Below are positions 8,369 to 16,202 of a DNA stretch of 64,000 bases, piece by piece. How positions within the stretch are numbered: position 1 is the stretch's first letter; each line of letters opens with the position of its first letter. The notes under the pieces are model-generated. The model worked only from the letters and a program-made list of their open reading frames with translations. It was not told where the DNA came from and did not search any database. The DNA comes from a virus (Duplodnaviria > Caudoviricetes), in the IMG/VR virus record IMGVR_UViG_3300026165_000001, positions 1-64,000 of that record; one strand, 5' to 3'. The translations under genes and the position numbers were made by a program.

Positions 8369-9924
8369 AATATTCCGATGGGCATGGGTCGTCTTAGTTC
8401 AGCATCATCAAAACTATCCTTGAGATCAGTGAATGCGTCCTCATCATATTTGGCAACTTGCATGGCCATGCGAACAGCAAGGAGGGTTGACATGACAAGA
8501 TCGTCTGTATCCCCGTCCTTTGCTGCATAGCTGTTTCCCTTTGCTACAAAAGTTTTGAGTTCGCGAGTAAGGTTCTTGCTGCGAACCTTCATTGTTTCTT
8601 CTTCAACCCAACGCTTGAGCTTTGCGCAAGAAGCAAGTTTTGTGCCGTGGGTTGTGTTAAACCCTTTTCTATATCTTCTTACGTTACCCCGTCGCCTTGG
8701 CTCACTAAGGAAAATCCCTGGCAGATTTTCTTCACCCATTTCTTCGATAGAAACTAGGGCGGCTTCACCTAATGTATTGTTTTCTACACTGTAGTAGATT
8801 TCACTATTCGGTGCAGCATCTTCAAGCTCTTCCAAAATACTTTTTAATACTTTGATTTGACCTTGGACTGGAGTCTTATTGTGTTGCCATTCGCCAATCT
8901 GACGCATGCCAGGTATAGCAAATACTTGAATAGCAGAAGGGTCGCCGCCCGTTCCTAGGCTTGGATCTAGTGCCACTAGATAGGTTTGCTCATCACGAAT
9001 TGCATCATACCATCGGATCTGGCCGCTTCGACGCAGTGGCTCCATGCCGAGGTCCATTTCGGAGAGGAAAATAGAATTGATAAGAGTTTCATCGAACGCA
9101 ATGAATTCACATTCATGCTCACGGCGAAATCGTTCATCGCCAATTTTGGATCTTTCGTTCGTTGCCCATTCTTGATCGCGATCTGGATGTTGATCCCACT
9201 TAACAATATATGGACGGAAACCATTTACGCCTGTTTCTGTTTCATTACCAAACTCATCAACGCGACGATTAGCTTGCTTCCAGATTTGAGCAAATTGGTC
9301 GTCATCTTGGTTGGGTGTTGAGGTAATAATACACTTACCACCAGTACTCAATGTTGGTGAGATACTGGTCCAAAATTCCTGGGCCACACGTGGCGGCACA
9401 AAGGCAAATTCGTCCAAGTAAACTAGTGAAAGTGAAAGACCACGTCCGGTGTTTTCTGTGGTAGCTTGCGCAACAATTTTACTACCGTTGTCAAATTCAA
9501 TGCTTCCTTTATTATATGCTGTTACGCCAGCCCTAATATAGTCTGGGCAACTTTCATACATATAACGTAGACGTGTCATGATTTCTTGTGCACCGTCACG
9601 TTTGTGAGCAGCAACTAATATGGTGCTATCCGGCTTAAACATAGCATACCAAAGCAAGTATGCAGCCGCGCAAGTGGACTTACCAGTCTGGCGACTAAGC
9701 AAGCTGATTGAATAACGATAATCATTGTAGCTGTTGATCAACCCTTCCTGATAGTCAAACAACTGGAAAGACATCCGTCCTTTTGTTGGATGTTGAATAT
9801 AACAATAGTTTCTAATGAAATGTAACGGATTAACTGAGCAAAGTGCGAGCTCTCTCAGTTCTTTTTGTGACATCGCCTGTTCTTGATACGGGCGTTTGAC
9901 AAGATCTGTATTTACAGTATTCAC
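8365..9924 (-). CDS. terL: Terminase large subunit (gp17-like)
   Basis: SRQTGKST Walker A, YLDEFAFV Walker B, ITSTPN, nuclease motifs ALDPSLGTGGD and DDLVMS. Confidence 0.97.
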   Translation of the reverse strand: MNTVNTDLVKRPYQEQAMSQKELRELALCSVNPLHFIRNYCYIQHPTKGRMSFQLFDYQEGLINSYNDYRYSISLLSRQTGKSTCAAAYLLWYAMFKPDSTILVAAHKRDGAQEIMTRLRYMYESCPDYIRAGVTAYNKGSIEFDNGSKIVAQATTENTGRGLSLSLVYLDEFAFVPPRVAQEFWTSISPTLSTGGKCIITSTPNQDDDQFAQIWKQANRRVDEFGNETETGVNGFRPYIVKWDQHPDRDQEWATNERSKIGDERFRREHECEFIAFDETLINSIFLSEMDLGMEPLRRSGQIRWYDAIRDEQTYLVALDPSLGTGGDPSAIQVFAIPGMRQIGEWQHNKTPVQGQIKVLKSILEELEDAAPNSEIYYSVENNTLGEAALVSIEEMGEENLPGIFLSEPRRRGNVRRYRKGFNTTHGTKLASCAKLKRWVEEETMKVRSKNLTRELKTFVAKGNSYAAKDGDTDDLVMSTLLAVRMAMQVAKYDEDAFTDLKDSFDDAELRRPMPIGIL

Positions 9925-9970
9925 CGTTACTCCTTACAGATTCAAACAGGACCCATAAAGAAGAGCTCGT

Positions 9971-10429
9971 TTAGCCCTTCTTTTTATGTGCCTTGTATTC
10001 CTTGAGCATACCCTCTTCAGTATGATCTTCTTCAATCTGAACTTTTTGTGGGTCTGCATTGAGATAACGACGTAGGCTCAAATCAACTGTTTCACCTTCA
10101 GGAGGCTCTTGATAATGGCCACGATCATCATACTGCTTATAGATACTATTGGACCATTCACGCATTTGCTGTTGTTCGGTCTTGGCTGACTTTTTAGACT
10201 TTTCTTTATCCTTAGCAGCTTTCTTTGCTGTTTCTTTTTCGTCACCATCGCCGTCGATATCAGCAAAATCTGGTTTCGCTTCTTCTTCTTCGAGTTCTTT
10301 AGAATCCTGTGCGTCTTCCATTAGGTCACGGATTTGATACATGTTGCGTCCTGACTCGTCTTGTGGCAATTTTTTTGCTGTTTCATTACCTGCGAGCTGG
10401 CGTAGTCTGTCGAGTTCTGTTTTATCCAT
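9971..10429 (-). CDS. Putative head-internal protein with an RLxxLAG motif and a DxDxDG loop
   Basis: N-terminus MDKTELDRLRQLAGNE. DIDGDGDEKE resembles a Ca-binding loop. Confidence 0.6.
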   Translation of the reverse strand: MDKTELDRLRQLAGNETAKKLPQDESGRNMYQIRDLMEDAQDSKELEEEEAKPDFADIDGDGDEKETAKKAAKDKEKSKKSAKTEQQQMREWSNSIYKQYDDRGHYQEPPEGETVDLSLRRYLNADPQKVQIEEDHTEEGMLKEYKAHKKKG

Positions 10430-10430
10430 T

Positions 10431-10940
10431 TTAGTCCTCTGCTTTCTTCAGATGATCTGCACGCTCTTTGGCAATCTCTTTAAGGAACGAATCTTTAAAC
10501 TTTTCTCCGTAAAATTGCTCTGGGTCGGGTTGCTCAACTTCACTGTATTCTTCGTCAGTTAGGCGTGGTTCATAATTCTCTTCTGGCATCTCATCTGCCT
10601 CGTTTTCAATATGTAGAGGCTCTAGCTTGTTTCGAACGATTAGAAAACGTTCATGGATGCCCATTTTTTGTGTTAGTTCAGCAAGCAACTGAAGTGGGCT
10701 TGCTGGCTGACGCGTTTTGAAGTCGACCATGTAAACCTCTGCGGCATCAATACTGCGGAAATCACGTGGATTACGCTGTATAATTGTTTTCTTTGGCGTT
10801 GTGATATCAAAGCCGTCATACTTTCTTAGGTGCAACTCCATTGCGTCGAGCTGCTCATCAGTTGGTTCTCTAGCAATCTTCACACGAAATTCGTGGACCG
10901 CTTCATTTTCTGCCAAATATTGCCCTAGGTTCTTGGTCAT
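10431..10940 (-). CDS. Hypothetical virion protein
   Basis: Late promoter at ~10962. N-terminus MTKNLGQYLAE. Confidence 0.7.
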   Translation of the reverse strand: MTKNLGQYLAENEAVHEFRVKIAREPTDEQLDAMELHLRKYDGFDITTPKKTIIQRNPRDFRSIDAAEVYMVDFKTRQPASPLQLLAELTQKMGIHERFLIVRNKLEPLHIENEADEMPEENYEPRLTDEEYSEVEQPDPEQFYGEKFKDSFLKEIAKERADHLKKAED

Positions 10941-10964
10941 AGGAATCTCCTGCTATTATGGTAT

Positions 10965-11387
10965 TTATGTGTCTTGGTTATTTTTCACTAATATAAAATA
11001 TACCGCTGTTCCCAAATCTTCAGTTACAACGCGGTATCCCATTTTTCCTGCGTAACGATCAAGCATTCTAGAGTATAAATTTGTTCGAGATGACTCGCCT
11101 TTATCACCACTAAATGTAAGAGTGTGTGGCTGATTTTGTTCAACCCACTCTAACATATGATTAATTACTGCTGAGAATATTTTGTTGGCATTGCCCTCAT
11201 GTGTTTGTGTTGTTTTTTTGTTTCTTTTAAAGGCCACCGTCCAATCTTCTGAACTGCTGCCGCTGCTTTGATACATTAGTTCAATATGATCGTTGTCGAT
11301 ATAAGTTTCATAAAACTGGTTATCGAATGTATCAACAGTCTTATCCCAAAAATCTGCCTTGTAGTCGAATAGCTCAAATAATCTCAT
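10965..11387 (-). CDS. Hypothetical protein with a capsid-targeting-like N-terminus
   Basis: N-terminus MRLFELFD. Coupled to the upstream gene by an ATGA overlap. Confidence 0.7.
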   Translation of the reverse strand: MRLFELFDYKADFWDKTVDTFDNQFYETYIDNDHIELMYQSSGSSSEDWTVAFKRNKKTTQTHEGNANKIFSAVINHMLEWVEQNQPHTLTFSGDKGESSRTNLYSRMLDRYAGKMGYRVVTEDLGTAVYFILVKNNQDT

Positions 11388-11914
11388 TGGTCATCGTCTC
11401 TTTTCATGCCTGCAAGTATATCACTTAACATATCATTACGTGTTGCAATAATACGTCCTTCTGTTTCTTCTGCTGAATCATCTTGTGTTTTGAGGTGTCG
11501 TTTCTTGAGATAATCAAGCTTTTCGTTCTCGTGTTCCAACTTGGCTTTTTGTATTTGTAGCTTGACCATTTCAAGCTTCTTTTGCGCTTTGTTAGTTTTG
11601 GCGTTGAGCGCATTGGTCATCATGCTACTGGCTGCGTTGAAGATATCAGCGGCATGTCGGTCCTCGACATTTTTACCCAAATCAACTAGGTCATCAAATG
11701 TTTCAATAGCCTTACGTGCATACTCGTCATAATCTGTATCAACGTTGTCTAGCCCGCTGACTTGCGGCAAGGCAGCATCGATTTTGTCTGCCCTCTCCAT
11801 GATCTGATGCATTTCATCTTCTGTGTAACCTTCAATTTCTTCCATGTCATCTTCCTTGACTTCTGGTAAATCCATTGGTGGTAAATTGAAGGTATCTTCT
11901 AATTTGCGTGTCAT
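11384..11914 (-). CDS. Probable terminase small subunit
   Basis: Helical/coiled-coil protein ending in ...IIATRNDMLSDIL, positioned upstream of terL. Confidence 0.55.
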   Translation of the reverse strand: MTRKLEDTFNLPPMDLPEVKEDDMEEIEGYTEDEMHQIMERADKIDAALPQVSGLDNVDTDYDEYARKAIETFDDLVDLGKNVEDRHAADIFNAASSMMTNALNAKTNKAQKKLEMVKLQIQKAKLEHENEKLDYLKKRHLKTQDDSAEETEGRIIATRNDMLSDILAGMKRDDDQ

Positions 11915-12141
11915 ATTCTGCTCACCCTATAGTTTCCTCTGATGTTGCTGTGCCAAAACTTACCCTTGCTTGGGGCGCGGACCCATTGACGAAATAAACC
12001 TTCGCCCACTCCCAAAACACGATAACGGCGCCCGCTGTTGAGGGTCATGATTACGACATTGGGGCCAGCGTAGTCTAGATCAGCAATCCAACTGCTCATA
12101 ACCTTGACTTCAGCAATAGGTTCTATCTGTTCTAATCTCAT
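11911..12141 (-). CDS. KTSC-domain protein
   Basis: SSWIADLDY...LNSGRRYRVLGV...APSKGKFWHSNIRGNY matches the KTSC pattern. Confidence 0.8.
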   Translation of the reverse strand: MRLEQIEPIAEVKVMSSWIADLDYAGPNVVIMTLNSGRRYRVLGVGEGLFRQWVRAPSKGKFWHSNIRGNYRVSRI

Positions 12142-12614
12142 TTACGAGCTCTCTTTTTTGGCATCTTGGGCTTGCGCTGACTGCGTGGCTTTTGTGGTTT
12201 GTTGAAGATTTCCTTTTCTGTAATGATGCGAAATCCAATACCCTGTTGCCTACACCACTGTCTGGCATAATTCCATTTGGCTTCATTGATAACAGCCATG
12301 GCTTGATCATATTGTCCTTTTGCGTTGCCTACCATATGACTACTGGGTTTTACTTCAACCAATTCAGCATGTTTTTTGCCTTCCTTGTCTACATAGATCA
12401 CAAAGAAGTCTGGGACATAATTGCTCTTTTTTCCAGTTATTGGATTGATATAAGGTATACGGTGGCTTTCACTAGCCCAAGCCAGGATGTTGGGATGATT
12501 GTCGCACATACGCATAAAATGAAGTTCCCAACCCGATCGGTATTTGGGAATGTGCTTTCCAACATATTTTTCTGTGTTTTTAGGCTGATAATTGCCTTGC
12601 TGATACGTCGACAT
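12138..12614 (-). CDS. gp4: Head completion nuclease (T4 gp4-like, TnsA fold)
   Basis: KYVG...YRSGWE...WASE...YVPDF...EVKP...NEAKW...FRIITE. Confidence 0.9.
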   Translation of the reverse strand: MSTYQQGNYQPKNTEKYVGKHIPKYRSGWELHFMRMCDNHPNILAWASESHRIPYINPITGKKSNYVPDFFVIYVDKEGKKHAELVEVKPSSHMVGNAKGQYDQAMAVINEAKWNYARQWCRQQGIGFRIITEKEIFNKPQKPRSQRKPKMPKKRARK

Positions 12615-12627
12615 AAACGTATTTAGC

Positions 12628-13278
12628 TTATCCGGTGCTGGATGGTCGTGGAGAACGGCTAGGTTCTATTCCATCATCAAACTGACTTGATTCAACATAT
12701 GTCTGAACACTCTCAGGCTGGAATGTTACTGCCCACTGAACTGGATTGCTGTCGCTGTAGTTCATTGTATCGCCAGTCACCGAGGTAATATATGGTTGCT
12801 TGAGTATCCAACCACGGTGACGGCCGCGGATACCATTCTGTATAATACGGATCTCAGGAAAGAAGTTGCGTGTGGCATTGGGGGTAAAACCTAAATCTGT
12901 TTCAAAGTTGATCTCCACTGTGCTTGTTCCCTCAAGCTGAGTCCTACTTGTCAAACCTTCTGTTCCGTTATAGTAATGAGCAAAATAGTCACGCATGATA
13001 TTATACCACTGGTCATCAAATGTGTCATAAAAACTCACTGTGATCGGATCATAATTGATTCGTGTCTGCACGAAACGCTTTTTGTTGTATTGATTCATCA
13101 ACTGACCATCAACACTAAAACTCGGCTGTGTAACTTCACTAACTTTGTGGTAATTGATAATCGCACGATCATGTGTAGTCAACTGCAATGTGAAATTAAA
13201 CCTCTGACGAGGAATGAGATCCAATGTGCCTGGACTATCTGAGCTATAAACCTCTTGTGCGAAATTGGTGATTGCCAT
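12628..13278 (-). CDS. Tail tube-like protein (gp19-family paralog)
   Basis: PRQRFNF...VTQPSF...NQYNKKRFVQTRINYDPITVSFYD...MNYSDS. Confidence 0.65.
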   Translation of the reverse strand: MAITNFAQEVYSSDSPGTLDLIPRQRFNFTLQLTTHDRAIINYHKVSEVTQPSFSVDGQLMNQYNKKRFVQTRINYDPITVSFYDTFDDQWYNIMRDYFAHYYNGTEGLTSRTQLEGTSTVEINFETDLGFTPNATRNFFPEIRIIQNGIRGRHRGWILKQPYITSVTGDTMNYSDSNPVQWAVTFQPESVQTYVESSQFDDGIEPSRSPRPSSTG

Positions 13279-13553
13279 TATTGTAGATATGCTCTCGCTT
13301 TGTCTCTATAGATTGTTACACTCGCTACACTGGGATGACGATATAATTTATTCAAATGCTCAGGAAAAACATGAAGCTCATGCTGACTTACGCCTGTGTC
13401 TATTTCAACATATTTTTTGGTTTTCTTGATGTCAGCATACATGTGATCGCCATCAAATGCTTGTATTAGTAAATCAGCAATGTCTTCCATTTTTTCGTCA
13501 TCAATTCCATCTTCATTGATTCCTGAAAGAGCTTTTAGTCTATCTAAATTCAT
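13278..13553 (-). CDS. Hypothetical protein with an RLxxLSG N-terminus
   Basis: N-terminus MNLDRLKALSGINE, SD AAGGA. Confidence 0.7.
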   Translation of the reverse strand: MNLDRLKALSGINEDGIDDEKMEDIADLLIQAFDGDHMYADIKKTKKYVEIDTGVSQHELHVFPEHLNKLYRHPSVASVTIYRDKARAYLQ

Positions 13554-13570
13554 TGTTTATTTCCTTACGA

Positions 13571-13613
13571 AAAAACGGCCGAAGCAGGCAGTCCGAATGC
13601 TTCGGCCGTTTTT
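13571..13613. terminator. Bidirectional intrinsic terminator after the tail tube gene
   Basis: AAAAACGGCCGAAGCA-N11-TGCTTCGGCCGTTTTT. Confidence 0.85.
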
Positions 13614-13621
13614 AATTAGCA

Positions 13622-14230
13622 TTATGAACCTGTTGCGTTCGCTTGTGTGACAGTCTCAACGCTAAAGTTTGGATCGCTAAGGTTGTCAATTGCACCAACA
13701 AAGTGTTGTGCGTTGTCATAGCGTAGCTGCACTGAAATGGTCTGGTATTCACCACCACTGCCGTAGTTGGTCTCATTGTATGTTAGGTTTGAAATATATG
13801 CACCGCTCAAAACCCATGTGTCTAGCGGGACTGGATCTGGGTTAGCACCATTCAAGTTTTCAATTTGACACTGGAATTTATAGCTAATACCGGCCTGTGG
13901 TGAGCTCTGGTTTGCCATATCGATCTGCTTCGCAACTTGTTGGTCAAGTAGTGCTGAAGTTGCTGATGTAATGTCGTCACGTAGCTCGATGGTTACAGGC
14001 TCCCAGGAGTGCTTACCAGCTAGGTAGATACGTGAGTTGTATGTGTCCACTAGAACTTCATCATGTGTAAGGTTCGGACGTGTGACGCTGACAACGTTGT
14101 TTGTTGCAACTTTTGTGTCGCCTGCACCCATGTTGATGAAGTTAACGCGGAAGCGGTATTGTAGTTTTGGCATCAGTGTACCTTGGCTTTCGCCGTTTAC
14201 TGGGACACTTAGCTTGTCAAGAACTGCCAT
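13622..14230 (-). CDS. gp19: Tail tube protein (gp19-like)
   Basis: LMPKLQYRFRV...YNSRIYLAGKHSWEPVTIELRDD...LRYDNA, with a late promoter at 14265-14271. Confidence 0.85.
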   Translation of the reverse strand: MAVLDKLSVPVNGESQGTLMPKLQYRFRVNFINMGAGDTKVATNNVVSVTRPNLTHDEVLVDTYNSRIYLAGKHSWEPVTIELRDDITSATSALLDQQVAKQIDMANQSSPQAGISYKFQCQIENLNGANPDPVPLDTWVLSGAYISNLTYNETNYGSGGEYQTISVQLRYDNAQHFVGAIDNLSDPNFSVETVTQANATGS

Positions 14231-14290
14231 TCGTCTATCTCCTCATAATGCGCTCTGCTCAAAGTATTTATCATCTAGAGAAAATTTTCC

Positions 14291-14319
14291 TTGACAGCCA
14301 AAACGTCTTACTATATAGT
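14291..14319 (+). promoter_or_regulatory. Near-consensus sigma70 promoter, divergent from the tube gene
   Basis: TTGACA-N17-TATAGT. Confidence 0.85.
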
Positions 14320-14342
14320 ATAACTATAAAGAAGGAAACTGA

Positions 14343-14432
14343 ATGATGTTTATGACTCTTGAAAATCTTGTTATCGGTTCTACGCTGTTTGTAACTGATT
14401 TTGTCAACACTTACGGCGTTCTCTTTCTCTAA
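14343..14432 (+). CDS. Small hydrophobic peptide (29 aa)
   Basis: MMFMTLENLVIGSTLFVTDFVNTYGVLFL*, with SD GAAGGA 6 nt upstream and a promoter directly upstream. Confidence 0.55.
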   Translation: MMFMTLENLVIGSTLFVTDFVNTYGVLFL

Positions 14433-14610
14433 GCACTAGAAACTCGTGGACCACGGCCAGATAAGGCTGGAGGACGGGGCTGAGGGGCGATAGAAACCGT
14501 ATTAGACCATCGCCCGGTATATGCATTGTTTCGTAACTACGGCCGTTGAGACTTTCGCTTTTCGGTGATGCCATCCTCAATTAGCTGTAGCAAACGCTTT
14601 GCACTAGTGT
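14433..14610 (+). ncRNA. Candidate structured RNA (multi-way junction)
   Basis: Closing stem GCACTAG/CTAGTGT encloses several nested stems. The G-U pairs work only on the + strand. No ORF. Confidence 0.55.
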
Positions 14611-14615
14611 AAACT

Positions 14616-14645
14616 TGAAGCCGCTCAATTTATTGAGCGGCTTCA
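14616..14645. terminator. Long perfect hairpin between convergent units
   Basis: TGAAGCCGCTCAAT-TT-ATTGAGCGGCTTCA. Confidence 0.8.
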
Positions 14646-14646
14646 C

Positions 14647-15072
14647 TTATGGCTTGATTATATTATGGTGGGGTAAGACCATGAGTTGATCATCTTCGCC
14701 TTCTGGCTGATCATATGTCAACCACTGTGGTGGTTGACCATCCTTCCTGGCTTCTCTAATTTCTTCCAGCATTGCAGCTTCTTCACGACTGTATGGGTAT
14801 TCATACAAGCGGTGACCTCTGTCGTTGATCGCCCAGAGTATAATTGATGGCTTGTTTGTTATCTCATGCCAAACATAGGCATATTCACCTTGGGGTTTGG
14901 CTTGTATTGGCGCCCCCATTTGCCTTACGAAGAGCTCATAAGCGACTACTCCGATCATAAGAAAACACATCAACGCGATAGATTTTAAAAACCAATGTGC
15001 TGGTGACCAGTAAGCCAGAAAAGAAACAAGCAATGCAGTTAATATGCCTATGAGAGTTAATATTGTTACCAT
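14647..15072 (-). CDS. Membrane protein (2 N-terminal TMs)
   Basis: Hydrophobic aa 1-47; third gene of a coupled membrane trio. Confidence 0.75.
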   Translation of the reverse strand: MVTILTLIGILTALLVSFLAYWSPAHWFLKSIALMCFLMIGVVAYELFVRQMGAPIQAKPQGEYAYVWHEITNKPSIILWAINDRGHRLYEYPYSREEAAMLEEIREARKDGQPPQWLTYDQPEGEDDQLMVLPHHNIIKP

Positions 15073-15677
15073 TCGTCATTCCCATCGCTCATTGAAGGCG
15101 GAAGCGTATTTCTTCTCACCTGAACATTTGTTCTTAAGTCCGTGATCTTTCCATCCTGTCCGACGATGAATGACACCACTGTTGTCTCTTGACTAGGGTC
15201 AAGCGTAACCGTGTCTGTAAACACACTGCGGAACGGATTCAGCATGGTCAAATTAATTGTGATGTCTTCTGTTGGTCCTGAACTGCTATAATAATGAACA
15301 TTTACAAAATATTCACCTGGAGGCAAAATTGTGAAACGTATATTTTCATAATTGCGTGATATTACCACTTGCTCACCATCAACCATGATAGTATCATTTT
15401 GTGTGCCGCGGTCATCTCGCTCTAGAACAAAATAACTACCATCCATACGAGTAAACCCAACCCAATCCCTGTCTTTGCCTTGGACCCAAAGATCAATATC
15501 AACATAACTTTCATCATCCCATTCCATTTCGACCATGAAGCGTATGGGAGGATCAATTTGTCCGCCTTGGGTTGGTGGATTGATCATGAGAAAGGCAAGA
15601 ATAAACATCAACGTAATACCCAACAACAAGTTGAATACCAAATCCAAAAATGCTAATCTAAGAGTTCCTGATGTCAT
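15066..15677 (-). CDS. ExbD/MotB-like single-TM protein with a YfaP-like soluble domain
   Basis: TM LAFLDLVFNLLLG carries an Asp. WDDESYVDIDLWV...LERDDRG...ENI resembles YfaP/DUF2135. Confidence 0.6.
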   Translation of the reverse strand: MTSGTLRLAFLDLVFNLLLGITLMFILAFLMINPPTQGGQIDPPIRFMVEMEWDDESYVDIDLWVQGKDRDWVGFTRMDGSYFVLERDDRGTQNDTIMVDGEQVVISRNYENIRFTILPPGEYFVNVHYYSSSGPTEDITINLTMLNPFRSVFTDTVTLDPSQETTVVSFIVGQDGKITDLRTNVQVRRNTLPPSMSDGNDEW

Positions 15678-16126
15678 TCTTCAAGTATCACTAACTGAAA
15701 ATTAATCAACGCTGATAGTATAATACCACTAAGAGATGTAATCAATGCTGCTGCCATTCCGCTTGCCATACTGGTTAGAGCTTGTGTCATTGCAACAGTA
15801 TCTGCTGGATCTAATACAACCCCAGGCCCAAACACACTCCAAAGAACGATCATAAATCCAATCAATGTACCGACGAGACCAATCGAAACAGTGGTTTCGC
15901 CCATATAACGAACCATTTTGTGTTCGTATTCTTCATATGATTTTCGCCAATGCATACGAATCATTAAGATGTGGGCCACCGCCGCAATGCCTAGGTTAAC
16001 GAATGTTAGGTAGGTTTGATCATAATTTAGAATGAAGTCAAACAATCCAAGGTAATATTGGCCTGTTGCTAATACAAACACTGTCAATATTAATACTGTC
16101 CAAAACTTCCAAAATTTCATATTCAT
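15674..16126 (-). CDS. MotA/TolQ/ExbB proton-channel family protein
   Basis: SIGLVGTLIGF and GMAAALITSLSGI match the two conserved channel helices. Confidence 0.75.
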   Translation of the reverse strand: MNMKFWKFWTVLILTVFVLATGQYYLGLFDFILNYDQTYLTFVNLGIAAVAHILMIRMHWRKSYEEYEHKMVRYMGETTVSIGLVGTLIGFMIVLWSVFGPGVVLDPADTVAMTQALTSMASGMAAALITSLSGIILSALINFQLVILEE

Positions 16127-16145
16127 TAATTTATCCTTAATGATT

Positions 16146-16176
16146 GTGGGGCAAAAGTGTTTCCACCTTGCCCCAC
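16146..16176 (-). terminator. Hairpin downstream of the sheath gene
   Basis: GTGGGGCAA...TTGCCCCAC inverted repeat. Confidence 0.55.
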
Positions 16177-16202
16177 TTATTTATCATAATTATCAACGTA
16201 TA

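Noticed and set aside
12138-12614. TnsA-like transposase indicating a mobile element
   Set aside because: Sequence and context match the T4 gp4-type head completion nuclease, and there are no other transposon genes or terminal repeats.
14480-14500. Hammerhead ribozyme core (CTGA...GAAAC)
   Set aside because: Reads CTGAGGG rather than CTGANGA, and the required stem II is absent.
14476-14610. tmRNA (GGGGCTGA start; GCA AAC resume-like codons at 14590)
   Set aside because: No T-arm (GTTCGA) or CCA acceptor end in either standard or permuted order, and the putative tag (ANALH*) lacks an AA end.
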